Part shown: positions 23,593 through 58,082 of the stretch, piece by piece
Numbering within the stretch: the stretch's first letter is position 1
Layout: each line of letters begins with the position of its first letter
From: Yuukianura sp. NJ FZ-2021
Taxonomy: Eukaryota
Direction of reading: 5' to 3'
Length of the DNA: 64,000 bases
Assembly (NCBI GenBank): GCA_046563655.1
Contig: CM102286.1
Location: 14,384,001 to 14,448,000 of the forward strand
Position numbers and translations under genes: made by a program
The notes under the pieces: generated by a model
Databases searched by the model: none
What the model was told of the DNA's origin: nothing
What the model saw: the letters and a program-made list of their open reading frames with translations, nothing else

Positions 23593-24993
23593 CAATTCCC
23601 TAGTTATGTCAATTAACTTTAACTCATTTAATTTGCGGTTTTTGAATCTCGTCAAGATGAAATCTCAAAAGTTAACCATTTTAGACCACCCTACTTTACT
23701 TTGGATATTCGCACAAGTTCTGTTCTAGTAACATCCACCGTGATACAGTGAATCTCCTAAACAATTTGAAATTTTGCATTTTTCACGCAATTATAGGAAC
23801 GCCTGTTTACATGTTGGGCATAGTATTTTCTGTATTAATGTAAGTTTAAGTTGTTAAATTTTAATGTCGGTTGGTGCTTTTAGGGTGGCTTTAATTTATT
23901 TCACTTTGTAATTTAGTTGAACAAGAATGCTTCCCATTCTCGCTGGGGCTCCGCCTCACACTCGAGTGTCCTAGATTTTGTGAATTACTCATTTTTTTGC
24001 ACTTAGTAATTAATAATTACTTAATTAATTTAATTTGGACATTTTGGTTGTTGGATTTGGTATTTTCAACACTTGGTTTAAGGAAAAAGTATTACTAAAA
24101 GTTCAAAGTGCACAGGTTAAGTTTAATAACATATCTTAAAATTTAGTATTTGAAACGTAAAAAAAATTATATTGGTAATTGCTAAACTTTTGGTTTTTGT
24201 ACTTTTGAATTCACGGTGTTATTTCTACGTTTTTACACTTTGTTTTTGTTCCGTCCCATAACATTACATACTATATAAGCACTGTTAAAATTGACGAGAA
24301 AATACTCTTCAGGAAAATTGTTAGAGTAATTAGTATATATTTTAAGGACTTTTTAGAACATCAAATGTTCAAACCAAAATTAAAAACTTTTAAAAAGTAA
24401 TTTTGAGAAGTCATCTTGGCAAGGTTGAGCTTTTCTGTTTTGTAGCCGGCGGATTGACAAGTTTAGGAGGTAACTTTTTTTAAAAAGTTTTTTTTGAAGT
24501 TACAAAGAATGTTGACTAATTTTGTATGTTCTTTTTTCAGTTTCAGTGGAGCAAAGATCTCATTTGGAATCGGTGTTTCCTGCAGCGATTCTATGGCTGT
24601 TTCCTTCCGAGTTGCCACCATATGCGAAGAAGACGAAATGAGTGAGTGAGCATTTTGACTAAAATAATGAAAATTGAAATTGTAAGATTTTGAAATCTAT
24701 TTTTAGGGGTCTGGCTGTTTGTGGTGGTGAAGTGATGGTGAGGGAATTTGCATCCGCTTGGAGTTGCCAAAATTCTTGAAAGACGGGAGATTTGGGTCTG
24801 CGGGTGAAGAAGATGTCGGGGGCTGGTTCTGGGCGAGGCAACACCTACCTAAAACTGTTTCTTGTTCGACACAGTGGGTGACATCGTGGACACAGTCATG
24901 GCTGTGCATTCTGGTTTTTAGAAGTGGAGTGGACACCTTGTAGTTACTTCTGGACAAACTCAGAATACTGCTGGTGTGGTGTGTGTCCGTGTC

Positions 24994-45972
<20,979 letters not shown>

Positions 45973-46099
45973 AAGAAGAGTAATGGAATAAAGTCAGAAT
46001 GCAATTATTTTTGATCCCCATGGCTCAATGAAAACCGGGTTTATTTCAAAATACTCTCGAATTCTTCACTTTAGAAAATGGCCCATTTCTTGTTTTAAC

Positions 46100-47570
46100 T
46101 CAATCGACATCATCGTCATCCGTTCTAAATAGTTGAAACAAAAGACAATTAATTAGAACAAACTCGCTCAATACTTGAATTCATCCTGGATCACTCAAGT
46201 ATTTTGAACTTACAGAATCACAGCGCTAACCCAATCCTCGATAAGCTCCGCAGTTTTCGCTAGACCGTCTGGATTCACTTGTTCAAACTTATGAAGTTCC
46301 CGAAGAATCAAGTACACATTGCTGTTTCGCATAATGTCACGACCTTGTTTTGTGCTAGAAAGCTAAAAAAAGAATAGAAGTTTAACATTTTGAAACTGAT
46401 TTGTTGTAAAAAGTAAACTCACGTTGACAATACAGGAAACCAAGTTGAATCTAACTTCTGGATTTGGATCTCTACGTTTATCGGAAGGTAAGTATTGCAG
46501 ATCAATTGGCATTTTTTCGTATTCATCTTCAGTAAATTCTTCACCACCAGCAAGTGGAAGCAGCAGGTACGATAGGAGTTCCATGTCACGGTCCGCTAAA
46601 ATGCTCGGATCATCTAGAAACAGAAATTACTTAGCTTTAACTTCACTTTCAATTAACTTTTCAAAGTTAATTGAAAGTTTAAATCAAGATTTAAGCACTG
46701 AAAATAAAAGATTTAACCATTATTTCTGAATGTTGTTTTCAAGATGTGTGACACCAAGTTCCGCCGCTCGTGATGAAAATTTTCGTTTAGAAATGGAAGT
46801 AACTTGGCGATTAATTTCTCTTCTACTAGTAACCTGGAAATTTCACTAAGTTTTAGTTAAGGACGTTACATTTTATGTACGAGATTCCGAGATAGGCTTA
46901 CTACTTACTGTCCAACGGCTGAAAGCTGGGCCATGTTCGCAATGAACCGGACGAGGTCATCAGCAAGCGGCTCGTTCGGATAGGCACCGATCAATCGAAT
47001 ACTTTGTCCTATAACATCCGGGTATTTACTGAATACAGATTCCGCAACTGTGGAATGCGTAGATAAATTTCTAAGAGTGAGGACACTTTCTTCACGAAAC
47101 TGCTTCCGTTCTGGATCTTCCGAAAACCAGTAGCCAAGCATTTGTTGAACAAACTCCTCATTGTTGACCATCCGAAGACCAATGAACTCCGAATGTCCAG
47201 CGAGATTAGCCAGTCCAGCAAATCCCACCTTCAGCATGCTCGTCCGGTTTTGAAGATCCTCGGCTGCTCCTGCATCGCCAGTATTCAATGTCCGTGGGAT
47301 GTGATACTGGAAAACGTTCATGTAAAATTTGAGGAGACGGTCCAGTTCGTAGTCCACAGAGAGACAATCCTGGAGCTGAGTTGACTTTGGTATTCCATCT
47401 ACAAAGATAATTTTAGCAATTACTCATCATTGTAAGTCTATGCCTAAGGTAATCAAAAGTAATAATACGTTTTTACTGGCAATAACGACAAACCGAAGAC
47501 GAACTTCTTCAGTTTCCGTGTAATCGAAACTGGATGGGTCAGTGAAGGTCAGCCGATATACTCGATCCAT
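46100..47570 (-). CDS. HGH1: HGH1 homolog (eEF2 chaperone, FAM203)
   Basis: C-terminal LLSYLLLPLAGGEEFTEDEYEKMPIDLQYLPSDKRRDPNPEVR...TKQGRDIMRNSNVYLILRELHKFE matches HGH1. The N-terminal ARM-like exons are divergent. Confidence 0.85.
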
Positions 47571-48349
47571 TTAACAGCAAACCATCAAAAATATACAACT
47601 TCAAATTTTTAATTGATTTTACTCTAATCGTCTTTCTTCTGTCACAAAAAATTACTTTTTGCTTTTTCAAAAAGAAAACAAATGCACGTGCTCATCAGTA
47701 CATAAATCTCCCGCCATTTCGTCTCAATGTCTCAAAGTTGCGGAATTACTGCACCGTCAGATTTCATTAGTATAGGTAAGTCATTTCCATAAACAAGATT
47801 TTAAAACTATCTCTGACTGTTGACCTGAAGTGACCTGAACACATGAAGGTCAAAGCGACATAACGCATGACAAAGTAAATGTCGCTTGCTTGTTTATACT
47901 CCGGACCGGAATATCATGGTAAATGTTATATCATCCCTCCTACGCCTCACACATTACAAACATGATTGAAAAGATGGACTTTAATCCAGTTCTGCAGAAT
48001 TCCAATTTATTACCACGTACTTAACTGTCTAAACTAACTAAAATGAATTCATTAAAGTTGAACTTTCGACTCAATTGCAGGCATGTGATTAGCTCTTCTA
48101 AGGCGGATTTGTGTATTGCGAAATCTGCAATGGATTTGGACATGGTTTTAACAAAAACAAAAAGGCACATGATGCCTCTCCAAACAAAAAAGCAACGTTT
48201 CTTTACATGACTCTGGTTTAAGATAAATGCATATAAAAACAGAGTTAGAGCTGAAAAAAATTCTGTATTTAAAGTAAACAGAAGATTAAGTTTCCGTATT
48301 GGCTTTTCTCTGGCAGTTTAGTATCGATTTGGAATTCAAACAAACCAAA

Positions 48350-50733
48350 ATGATGTTGGAAATATTTTTAGGATTTGTAGCTCTAGTTATTTGGTGGTTC
48401 TTACATGACCGATTTGTAACCAGCAAAGATTTGCCGCCGGGTAACTACCGGTTTACGACATTTTTCATTTCTACTCTGAAAAAAAAAAACGATAAAAACG
48501 AATAAGTTTTGTTGCGTCAAAGTTGCTTTAAATTTTGTTTTGTACGAATTTTAGGTCCATTGCGCGTGCCTATTCTTGGAACATGGTCCAGAATTGTGGC
48601 GGGAATGTCCAAGACTCCGGAGATTCCTTACATTGCATTCAAAGAACTTTGTGAACAGTATGGACCGATTGTCGCTATCAAGGGAGGCACTCTTTGGCAA
48701 TGTAAGCTCAATTTCTGGAAAAAACTGTTGAACCGAGTGGGACTCGAACCCATCTCACATCAATCCGGGAAGAGCTCTAACCATTGAGCTATCAGGCTCC
48801 AAGTTTTGTTTGGCAGTGGGAGTGCTGCCAAACGCCAAAGTACACTAAAATTAATTGAAAAACTTTTGTAGTGATTATCGATGATCCAGAATTGATTAGA
48901 GAAATGTTGACGCGGGAAGACTTTTCGGATCGTGGAGAAAATGGTTTCATCTTGGAACGATCTTGGGGCAAACCCATGGGTATGAACTTGTTTTGAAAAT
49001 AAAAATTTTGCAGAGTTATTCAAAATTTGACATTTTGATTATGAAATAATTTTTAGGTGTTCTGTTTGGAAATGGCGAGGGGTGGAAGGAACTGCGTCGA
49101 TTTTCAATTCGGACTCTGCGTGACTTTGGATTTGGAAAGCAAAAAAGCCAGGAAATTCTGATGGCGGAAGAACTGCGTGATTTGCTGGGAAATTTAAACG
49201 AGGCGATTGAGTCGACCAATGGCGTTGTTGCGATGAATCAGTTTTTTACTGTGTCAGTTCTAAATATTTTGTGGAGTTTGGTAGCTGGAATGCGCTTTTC
49301 TCACAATGATCCAAAACTGCAGTCGCTCGTGCGCAGTATGTCGGATTTGATGACAACGATTTCTGCTGGCGGGAATTTGCTCATGGCATTCCCAATTCTG
49401 AGACACGTTTTTGCACTTTTCCCGGGTCCGGGACAAACTAGAAGAAAAAACATTGCTAAACTTCATAATCTGTTTAAGGTAATTTTTCAAATTTTACATT
49501 TAAATCTAAACTTTAGTTTTGAAATTTTGAAAAATAGTCGCTTTTGGACGAGCGTCGTCGACTAGGACATTACAAAGAAGACCAACGTGATTTCGTTGAC
49601 GTTGCGCTGCTTGAAATTGACAAACATGCAAATTCTGCAGACAACACAATTTACAATGGTATGAATCAAAAAATGTTTCAAAAAATTTCAAACAAAATTT
49701 AAAATTGTAAAATTTTGAATTTTAGAGAAACAATTGATGTGTGTACTGTATGATCTATTTATTGCTGGAAGCGAAACGACTGCAAATACATGTGAAGTAT
49801 GTAAAAATGTTAACTTTATTGGATTTTCATTTTATTATATTAAATTTTTTAATTTTTTAATTTTTTAATTAAATATTACATTTTAATTGAAATAGTTTGC
49901 AGTTTTGTACATGATGAATCATCCAGAAGTTCAGAAAAAAGTTCAACAAGAAATTGATTCAGTTGTTGGGCGTAGTCGATTTCCAAATAGTTTGGATAGA
50001 CCTAGGTAATTATAAATAAACTATAATTATAATTAATTGTAATTATAATTAAATGTAATTAAATATAACTATAATTATGAATTTACACAGCATGCCTTAC
50101 ACTGAAGCAACAATTCATGAAATTCAGCGAATGGCCAACGTTGTACCAATGATCGTAAGGTCACCACAAAATGACACCACTTTTCATGGCTATAAAATTT
50201 CAAAGGTATAGTACTGAAAAAAAATTCGAAAAAAGAAGTTTTTTTTAAATTTTACGATCTTTGATTACTAAATATTTTTAATTACAGGAGATGTTCATTG
50301 TTGGAAATTCGCATAGTGCACATATGAATCCAAAAGTTTGGGACAATCCAGAAACGTTTCGGCCTGAGCGATTCTTGGACAGTGACAACAAAATCGTCAA
50401 TACTGACAAACTCTTTGTCTTTGGAACAGGTAATTGACTAAAATTTAAAGTAATTACAAGTTAAATGAACTGAAATTTACAGTAATTACAAACTTTAAAT
50501 GCCTATTTTCGCACACAAGTTGCAAAAACTGACGCTTGTTCTTTTTTGTCGAAGGTCGACGTGTTTGCATTGGGGAATTGATGGCTCGTACAACTTTGTT
50601 CACTTACTTTGCAACAATTATGCAAAACTACACGTTTGAACTTTCACCTTCCCATCCGAAACCATCAATGACTCCACGCTTTGGATTGACCATGTCACCT
50701 CAGCCTTACGTCAGTCTTGTGAAGCCTAGATAA
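48350..50733 (+). CDS. Cytochrome P450, clan 2 (CYP2/CYP15/CYP305-like)
   Basis: N-terminal anchor and PPGP, WKELRRF, I-helix DLFIAGSETTA, ExxR (EIQR), FRPERF and heme motif FGTGRRVCIGE. Confidence 0.92.
48729..48799 (-). mobile_element. tRNA-derived SINE-like element, copy 1 (in a CYP intron)
   Basis: Minus strand GAGCCTGA-TAGCTCAATGGTTAGAGC-TCTTCCCGGATTGATGTGAGATG-GGTTCGAGTCCC-ACTCGGTTCA followed by a T-run: Pol III A and B boxes but no clean anticodon arm. Confidence 0.7.
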
Positions 50734-51325
50734 TACAACTTCAATTACTAATTACAATTTCAATTTAAAGAATTAAACATTAGTTAATTGTTTGATTTTT
50801 AAAGTGTTTTCATTAAATTGTAAATTTGTGGCCGACATAGGGTTTAGCGATCCTTGTTGTATTCGCACGGTGTAGCCACCGTCCGGGTACAACTCCGACA
50901 ATCTTGTCAGGCTACACAATAGTGGCGACATTTGTAGCAGCTCAACCTTAAAAAAACTAAAAGTAATAGTGGCAACATAAGTGGGCACACAGGGTAGCCA
51001 CTCAATGTAACCACAAAGATCTACAATGACGGCTGGTTAAACTTAACTCTAACGAAATTTGTCTTAGAGAGGAGAAAGTTGTAGCTTTTAGCGTACCTTT
51101 CTCCGCACATGTTTCAGATAATCAGCTGTTGACGTCATTGCGGGATGACAGATTTGTGGACTCGTGGACAAGATAGGGTTGTGATTTATGTGTGGTTAAT
51201 TGACTAATTATGCATAGTTAACAGTGGCTTAATCGACTAATAAGTCGGTAAACTTATCAAATGAAGAAGTTCAGATAAGGAATCCAAACGACGTTTAGTA
51301 AACGTTTTGGACTTGGAGTGGAAGT

Positions 51326-52327
51326 ATGGCGGAAAACGATTCGAGAACGAAAAGAATTTCTACGAAGACTGCTGGTCCTAGCCATTTAATTTATTGGGTT
51401 CGCCAGTAAGTTAGCTATAAATATGTTGTGAAGTTGACAACATTAATTGATTGATGGGAAACAAACTAATGGTTGCTGTATTTTATGATTTCAGTGGTGA
51501 AACGATTGGCAACATAGAGAGGATATACCGTGACCCTATGTCAGCTGTCTTGACTGAAAGAGGCCGACACCAAGCTAAGCTCGCTGGCGAAGCTTTGTCT
51601 GATGTCGTATTTACACGGGCATATTCCAGTCACTTGCCAAGGGCCACTGAAACGGCAGAAATCATACTCAAACACTCGAAAAGTCCTGCTGTAGCCTCAG
51701 TTAAGCTTCGCACTGATCCACGTATAAGAGAAAGGGTATAGCATAATCGTCAGAGCTAATATTGGTGTTCGATTAGATTAATTGCGGCTGATATTTTGTA
51801 GGAACATGGCTGCTGGGAAGGAAGAAGTTACGATGAAGCTGCTTTACTACGCGGCAAAGGAATTGACAAGAACCATCCACTGTTTCCGTACGCTAGGTTC
51901 TGTGTAGAAGGTACCGAAAATGTGCTGGACATCATTCAACGTATGGAGTCATTTGTTACGGTAACTCTAAAGTGAATATCCAAGCTAGTTCTGAATCAAA
52001 AGTGATGTACAGTTTGCGTTTTTGCAGGATGTACTTAAGGAGTTGGATGAAAGTTCGAATGATGACGGCGAAGTGGTATTAATCATCTCCCATGGATTTG
52101 TGAGTGACGTGTTTATGACATACCTTGGAATTCCAAATCCTAAATACATTCTTCATAACTATTCTAAGCAATTGACAATTGCTTTGCAAAATTGTGGGTA
52201 TCACATCATGAGTTGGCGGTCCGAGACTGCCGAAAATCATCAGGATCCTGTCATATGCATCAATTTCCTGGAAACTCACAGGGATGAGCACTTATCCAGC
52301 ATAGGGTTTGTGTCCATCCGGCATTAA
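51326..52327 (+). CDS. Histidine phosphatase family protein (PGM/TIGAR-like), four exons
   Basis: YWVRH|GET (RHG motif split by an intron), LTERGRHQA, YSSHLPRATETA, DPRIRER|EHGCWEG and VLIISHG. Confidence 0.88.
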
Positions 52328-52578
52328 AGCTAGTCAACATTGAATCTTAAGTCACAAAATCTAGTTACACTTTTGCTTGCCGAGATTTACAAAATAAAGG
52401 TGGTAGTGATGCCACTTCAACAGAAGAGTCACGTGACCTCACTAATTTAGAGTTGGATACACAAATGTAAAGTTCAAAGTTTGGGATTATGTACAGTTTA
52501 GTTTCTACTTTTTACTAAATTCTGGAAGTTTATTTTCTTATTTAAATCGCTGGATTTGAAAATTTTCAAGGCATTTTC

Positions 52579-54260
52579 ATGACTTCAAAGGCACTACTGA
52601 AATTATTGTCACCTCAAACTTCTGTTCAGTCACCACTGTTACAAAAGTGTACGTTCAATTTTTCATTTTCCAAAAGACTGTGTGAAACTTAATTGTTGTT
52701 CTTAATTTTTTCAGATTGCAGAAAGTATGCAACAAAATGTAGCGATTCCAATAACTCACCTTTAGCCGGAGTTCGCGTCTTGGATTTAAGCAGAATTCTG
52801 GCAGGTCCATTTTGTAAGTTTTTATGAGCACTTTTTAGAATTCGTAATTAATTGGTAACTAATGAATTAACTACAATTAATTGTGTTGATGGCTAAGGTA
52901 CGATGCTACTTGGAGATTTGGGAGCAGAAATTATCAAAGGTACAACAAACGTTATTCAAATATCCTCAATTTTCTCCTGGTTGAAATTTTTGTTAACATG
53001 ATCGTGATTTTTTTTAAGTTGAAAAACCCGGCTCTGGAGATGAAACGAGGAATTGGCTTCCGCCGGAGACATCCGACGGGGTGTCCTGCTACTTTGTGTC
53101 TGTCAATCGAAACAAGCAGAGTGTGGCCATTGACCTCAAGAAGGGCAGTGACCTCATTCGAAAATTAGCAGCTAACTGCGACGTTTTGGTTGAAAACTTC
53201 ATTCCTGGAACGATGGAGAAGTTCGGACTGGGATACGATCAGCTTCAAAAAATTAATCCACGGCTCATCTACTCCTCAATTTCTGGATATGGAACGACAG
53301 GGCCTTATGCTTCAAGGGGTTAGGAGCGGTATCACTTTATAATTCTTCAGAATTCAAAATTTTTCAAAAAATTTGAAAATTCTTTCTAAAATTTGAAAAA
53401 TGTTAATGGTTTCTAGGTGGGTATGATGTGATCGCTGCTTCTATTGGAGGTCTCTTGCACATCACTGGCCCAAGAGACGGAGAACCATGCAAAACGGGTG
53501 TCGCCATGACTGATTTGGCAACTGGTTTGTATTTGCACGGTGCCATCATGGCAGCACTCCTCCAGAGACACGCGGTAAATTTGAAAATTTGAAAATTTTG
53601 AAAATCCAGTTTAACAGCTGATCTGATTTTGACATAAACTTTTAGACACAGAAAGGCCAGAAGATCGACTGCAACTTGCTGTCAACGCAAGTTTCATGTT
53701 TGGCCAACCTCGGATCTAATTACCTCAACGCTGGAAACGAAGCCAAGCGATTAGGAACTGCGCATGAGTCGATCGTTCCATATCAAGCTTTCTTAACTAA
53801 AGATGGACAGTGGATAACCATTGGAGCTGGAAGTGATGACCAGTTTCACAAACTCTGCGATGTCACTGGTCTGTCCCAACTCAAATTGGATCCAAAGTAT
53901 GCCACCAATGCCAGCCGAGTTGAACACCGAACAGAGTTGATTTCCATTTTTAAAAAAGTTATTGAAGAGAAGTCATGTGCCGAGTGGCTCCAGGTTTTCA
54001 AAACTTGCAACTTCCCTTATGGTCCAGTGAACAACCTTGAGCAAGTTTTCAAGGATCCACAAGTACTGCACAGTCAAATTGTGGAAAATGTTGGACCATA
54101 CAGAGTGGTAGGACCTGCCGTTAAATTCAGCGTAGCGGAAAACAAAGTTCGATTCCCTCCGCCACGACTCGGAGAACACACTCGTCCCGTTTTGCAAAAC
54201 GTTCTTGGATTGTCGGACTCTGAAATTAACAAATTGTATCAACATGGAGTAGTTGCGTGA
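52579..54260 (+). CDS. SUGCT: Succinate-hydroxymethylglutarate CoA-transferase (family III CoA-transferase), mitochondrial
   Basis: [81 protein letters not shown] and PPPRLGEHT. Confidence 0.92.
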
Positions 54261-54420
54261 ACTTCCAACACTTTGTGAGAATCTTACGAATTAAATTCCG
54301 CATTATTATACGAACTCAATTTATTTAATAAGAGACTTTTTTTTTGCATAAATGTGAGCTTCAGGGCTCACACGGCTTCAGAGACAAAGAAAAACCGTGG
54401 AGAAAAATTAAAGAACCAAG

Positions 54421-54930
54421 GTGCTTAGTGCTTAGTGCGCAGTGCTTGCGCAGTGCGCAGTACTTGCGCAGTGCGCAGTGCTTGCGCAGTACTTGCGCAG
54501 TGCGCAGTGCTTGCGCAGTACTTGCGCAGTGCGCAGTGCTTGCGCAGTACTTGCGCAGTGCGCAGTGCGCAGTGCTTGCGCAGTGCGCAGTGCTTGCGCA
54601 GTGCGCAGTACTTGCGCAGTGCTTGCGCAGTGCTTGCGCAGTGCTTGCGCAGTACTTGCGCAGTGCGCAGTGCTTGCGCAGTGCGCAGTACTTGCGCAGT
54701 GCGCAGTGCTTGCGCAGTACTTGCGCAGTGCGCAGTGCTTGCGCAGTGCGCAGTGCGCAGTGCTTGCGCAGTACTTGCGCAGTGCGCAGTGCGCAGTGCT
54801 TGCGCAGTACTTGCGCAGTGCGCAGTGCGCAGTGCTTGCGCAGTACTTGCGCAGTGCGCAGTGCTTGCGCAGTGCGCAGTGCTTGCGCAGTGCCTAGTGC
54901 TTGCGCAGTACTTGCGCAGTGCTTGCGCAG
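54421..54930. repeat. GC-rich composite satellite of 7-mer GCGCAGT and 11-mers (G/A)CTTGCGCAGT
   Basis: About 510 bp built only from these units in irregular order, with TGCGCA palindromic cores. Confidence 0.95.
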
Positions 54931-55543
54931 TATATGCACAGCATGGCCGCATTTTGCCCCATTAGTTTCCTATTTTGTTCAGAAATTAATTGAATCATTA
55001 ACTATTTCGTTAATTACTTTAATAAAACACAACAAAAATGGTGTTGTGTTATAGAAAGTTTGAAAACTTTGCCACCTGAAAATAAAAGGAGCATTAAACT
55101 TGTCACATTTTTAATCAACATAATACATTGTTGTTGAAGTATTTAAATGTGGCATGTAAAAATGAGTAATCCGATGATCACGTTCAGGTGAACCGGATTT
55201 ACAAATCCACCGCTCAAGATTATATTATGTATACCGTTCACGGATTAGTGTGATCCTGACCCCCGGATCGGTCTCACCAAATCCTGATCCGTAGGTTACG
55301 GGTGAACCGTCATTATGTATACGGGCAATAAAGGTTACCAGAGAGGCACAGTTACAGTTAGTAGCCGTGTTGCCTGGGTTACTTGATCAGCTGACATCGA
55401 AATATCAACAACAGTGGCGCATTATTTTCTTAGATTTTGTAGTCAGTCGCAGTTAGTTGCAGTCTCGCAGTTAGTTAGTTGCGATTGAGTTGTTCTGTAT
55501 TCCAGTTAAGTCAATTTTCAATCAGATTTGTCTTGTCAGAAGA

Positions 55544-57591
55544 ATGTCATTCTCCGCTAAAGTTGACGAAGGACCGGCCACAGTCACTGATGAAGAAACT
55601 ACGACTGGGCAAGGCGAAGGGCGTACTTCAGTCATAGGGACGTCGCAGCAGGTTGCGAGGACATCCGAAGTACGTCAAGTACCCAACGACACTTACGATG
55701 ATGACGACTTGGATTACGACAGTAGCGACGGTTCGGAGGAGCAGGAGGAAGAGGGTTAGCGAATCTATTTTTTGTCCCAGGATTATTTGACAGTACTTTT
55801 TTGTGTTTTTAGAACACGACATTGACGAGGAGGAGGAGGAAAGTGATGAAGAGGAGGAGGAGGAAGCGGAGGAGGAGGAGGAGCCTGTTCCAGTTGATTT
55901 GGGCAAAACGCAGGAAGAGATAGAGGCTGAACTGGAAGAAATGAAGACAATTCTGATGAATGAGTTCATTACGGCCAAGGGGAAGCTCAAGTACGAACGA
56001 AAACGAAACGCCTACTTCCAGGATCGGATTTACCGGACTTCTGTCCGCAAAGGAATCATCATAGAGTCGGAGTTGGTGGACGAAACGGCCATGATGAAGG
56101 GCAAAAACAAGCGACATTGTCGCGAAGAACGACATGGTACTACTTCGGATGACGAAACGAGTGAACCCGAACAGTTAGTGGATGGTGCTGAGGAAGATGA
56201 AGGTGAAACGAAACACAGACATCGTCATCGTCATCACCACAGACACAAAGAGGAAGAAGAGGCGGGCGGTGGACGACGTGGGTTTATCGGAGAAAAGTTT
56301 GCGAATGAAGCCAAGTACCAGAAACTGTTGCGAAAAATTATGAAACTGCAACGAGCCAAGGCCAACTACGGACTCCAGCACCAGGCAACTCTCGACCTCC
56401 ACTCTGTAAGCCCAACATACAGGAGATTTACTATTTACGACGGTAGAGGTTTACGATTTACAAGTCGTAAATCGTAAATTGTGATTAACTTAACTTTTAT
56501 TGTGTAATTTTGTAGGATAAGTGCAAGGACTGGAGTGAGTTGCATGTCAACTGTATCAACAGTCTGCTGGATGAAGTTCGTTTTCAATCTGAGGTCGCAG
56601 TGGACTCAAAGACTGGAAAACGGATGCCGAAACATGAGACGGAAGAGTACTGTGCCGAAGTATTGCGAATTCACACCAAGTTTTGCGACACGATGCTGCG
56701 GATGTACAAGAGTCGTCGTGGCCTGGAATTTACGCTCAAGCGTCTCAAGGAATCTGAGGTCCAGGAAGGAGAGGAAATTGAGATTCTGGAATTTGAGCAA
56801 TTGAGAGACGAAAACTCGACGTTGAAAGACAAGTTGGGAGATCGCATGAAGGACATTGAAAATATCAAGGCCAAAATTTCATATGCCATCCAGATACTGG
56901 CTCATATTCGCAACAAAATGAGCAACATGTTGGTAAGTGCCTCTCACATGTTGGCATGTTAATTAGTGTCTGACATGTTGGTCTAGACATGTGGAGACGC
57001 TGGTTTAGACATGTGCGGATGTGGATTTATACTTGTGGACATGTTGGTTAGATTGAATTGCCGGTGTCATGTTGATGTTTAATGTTCTGTTTTAATTTTA
57101 CAGGAGAACATTGGTGATGGTGAGGAAGAGCTGGTTCGGATTAATGAAGAAGTGTATGCTGCCAAAGCCAAAACGGAAGAAGTTATGCAAGAATTGAAGC
57201 AGAAGCGACGAGAGGTACGAGAAATTCAATATTCAGAGCAAGTACTGCGTATACTTTGGACAGTATTTGGAAGTCCTTTAAATATTTTTAGGAGCGCGCT
57301 CTGGTCATTGACTCTGGATTGCTGGACAATCCGATTTTGCTGCGTGACTACGAAGAGACACTGGAACGTGTAGCAAACGTTAAGGGCATGAAGAAGACGA
57401 TGGAGCGCAAAGTTGTTGATGGGAATCGTGAGATGGAGGAAATGCGTGACACGACAATTGAACTCAAGAATCATTACCCCGCCCTGTTCGCGGCCACTGG
57501 AGAAGGAGGTGGGGAACAAGCTGGTCGTCGCTTCAAGTGTAACAGTGCACTGCCCTATACTTGCCAACCAGGAGTTTGTACTGATTTTTAA
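55544..57591 (+). CDS. CCDC96: Coiled-coil domain-containing protein 96 / CFAP184-like (DUF4201), with an acidic N-terminus
   Basis: ILEFEQLRDENSTLKDKLGDRMKDIENIKAKISYAIQILAHIRNKM and SGLLDNPILLRDYEET resemble the CCDC96 motifs LIDFEQLKIEN...VQVLTHVKEKL and GLL...LLRDFE. Confidence 0.75.
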
Positions 57592-58082
57592 ACAGCATTA
57601 ACTGAATGAGCGATTGAATAATATGGAATCAGCGTTGGGTGTGACTAATCCAAAGAATCCGCGAGTACAGATTCTTATGAATGCGACTTCCGAAGATTAG
57701 TCGGTCATTCTCACATGCTTTTATGTTGCGGCGGGAAAATTTTATATTCAAACTTTAGTGTATTTTTTGATAGAACATGTTGAAAGGAACAATTAATTGT
57801 AACTAAAATTGTTAATTAATCGCGAATCGCGAAGTAATTACTGATTGTGTAGGACGTTTTGCAATCGTTAGATAATCGCAAGTTGACTATTAGTACTTAC
57901 ATCACTGAGTAGTAGTGCCGTTGGGATTTATCGGCTTTTGGATCTGGAAAACCGTTAAGCTGTTGACAATTTTGGTCATTTTAGCCCGGCAATTGGCCAT
58001 CACTGTCCGTGTCCACTGTAATCAACGCCTAAAGACTAAAGTTTAGTTTAACTCTTTTAGGTAGGTCACACGGTTAGAAGAC

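Noticed and set aside
24541..24960. Separate small gene upstream of obscurin
   Set aside because: All splice phases hit early stops; more likely 5'-UTR exons or uORFs.
48729..48799. Functional tRNA gene
   Set aside because: No well-formed anticodon stem-loop and an imperfect acceptor stem; the diverged second copy points to a SINE.
54344..55054. Cys/Ala-rich ORFs in five frames (metallothionein-like appearance)
   Set aside because: Artefact of a stop-free 7/11-bp satellite with irregular frame shifts.
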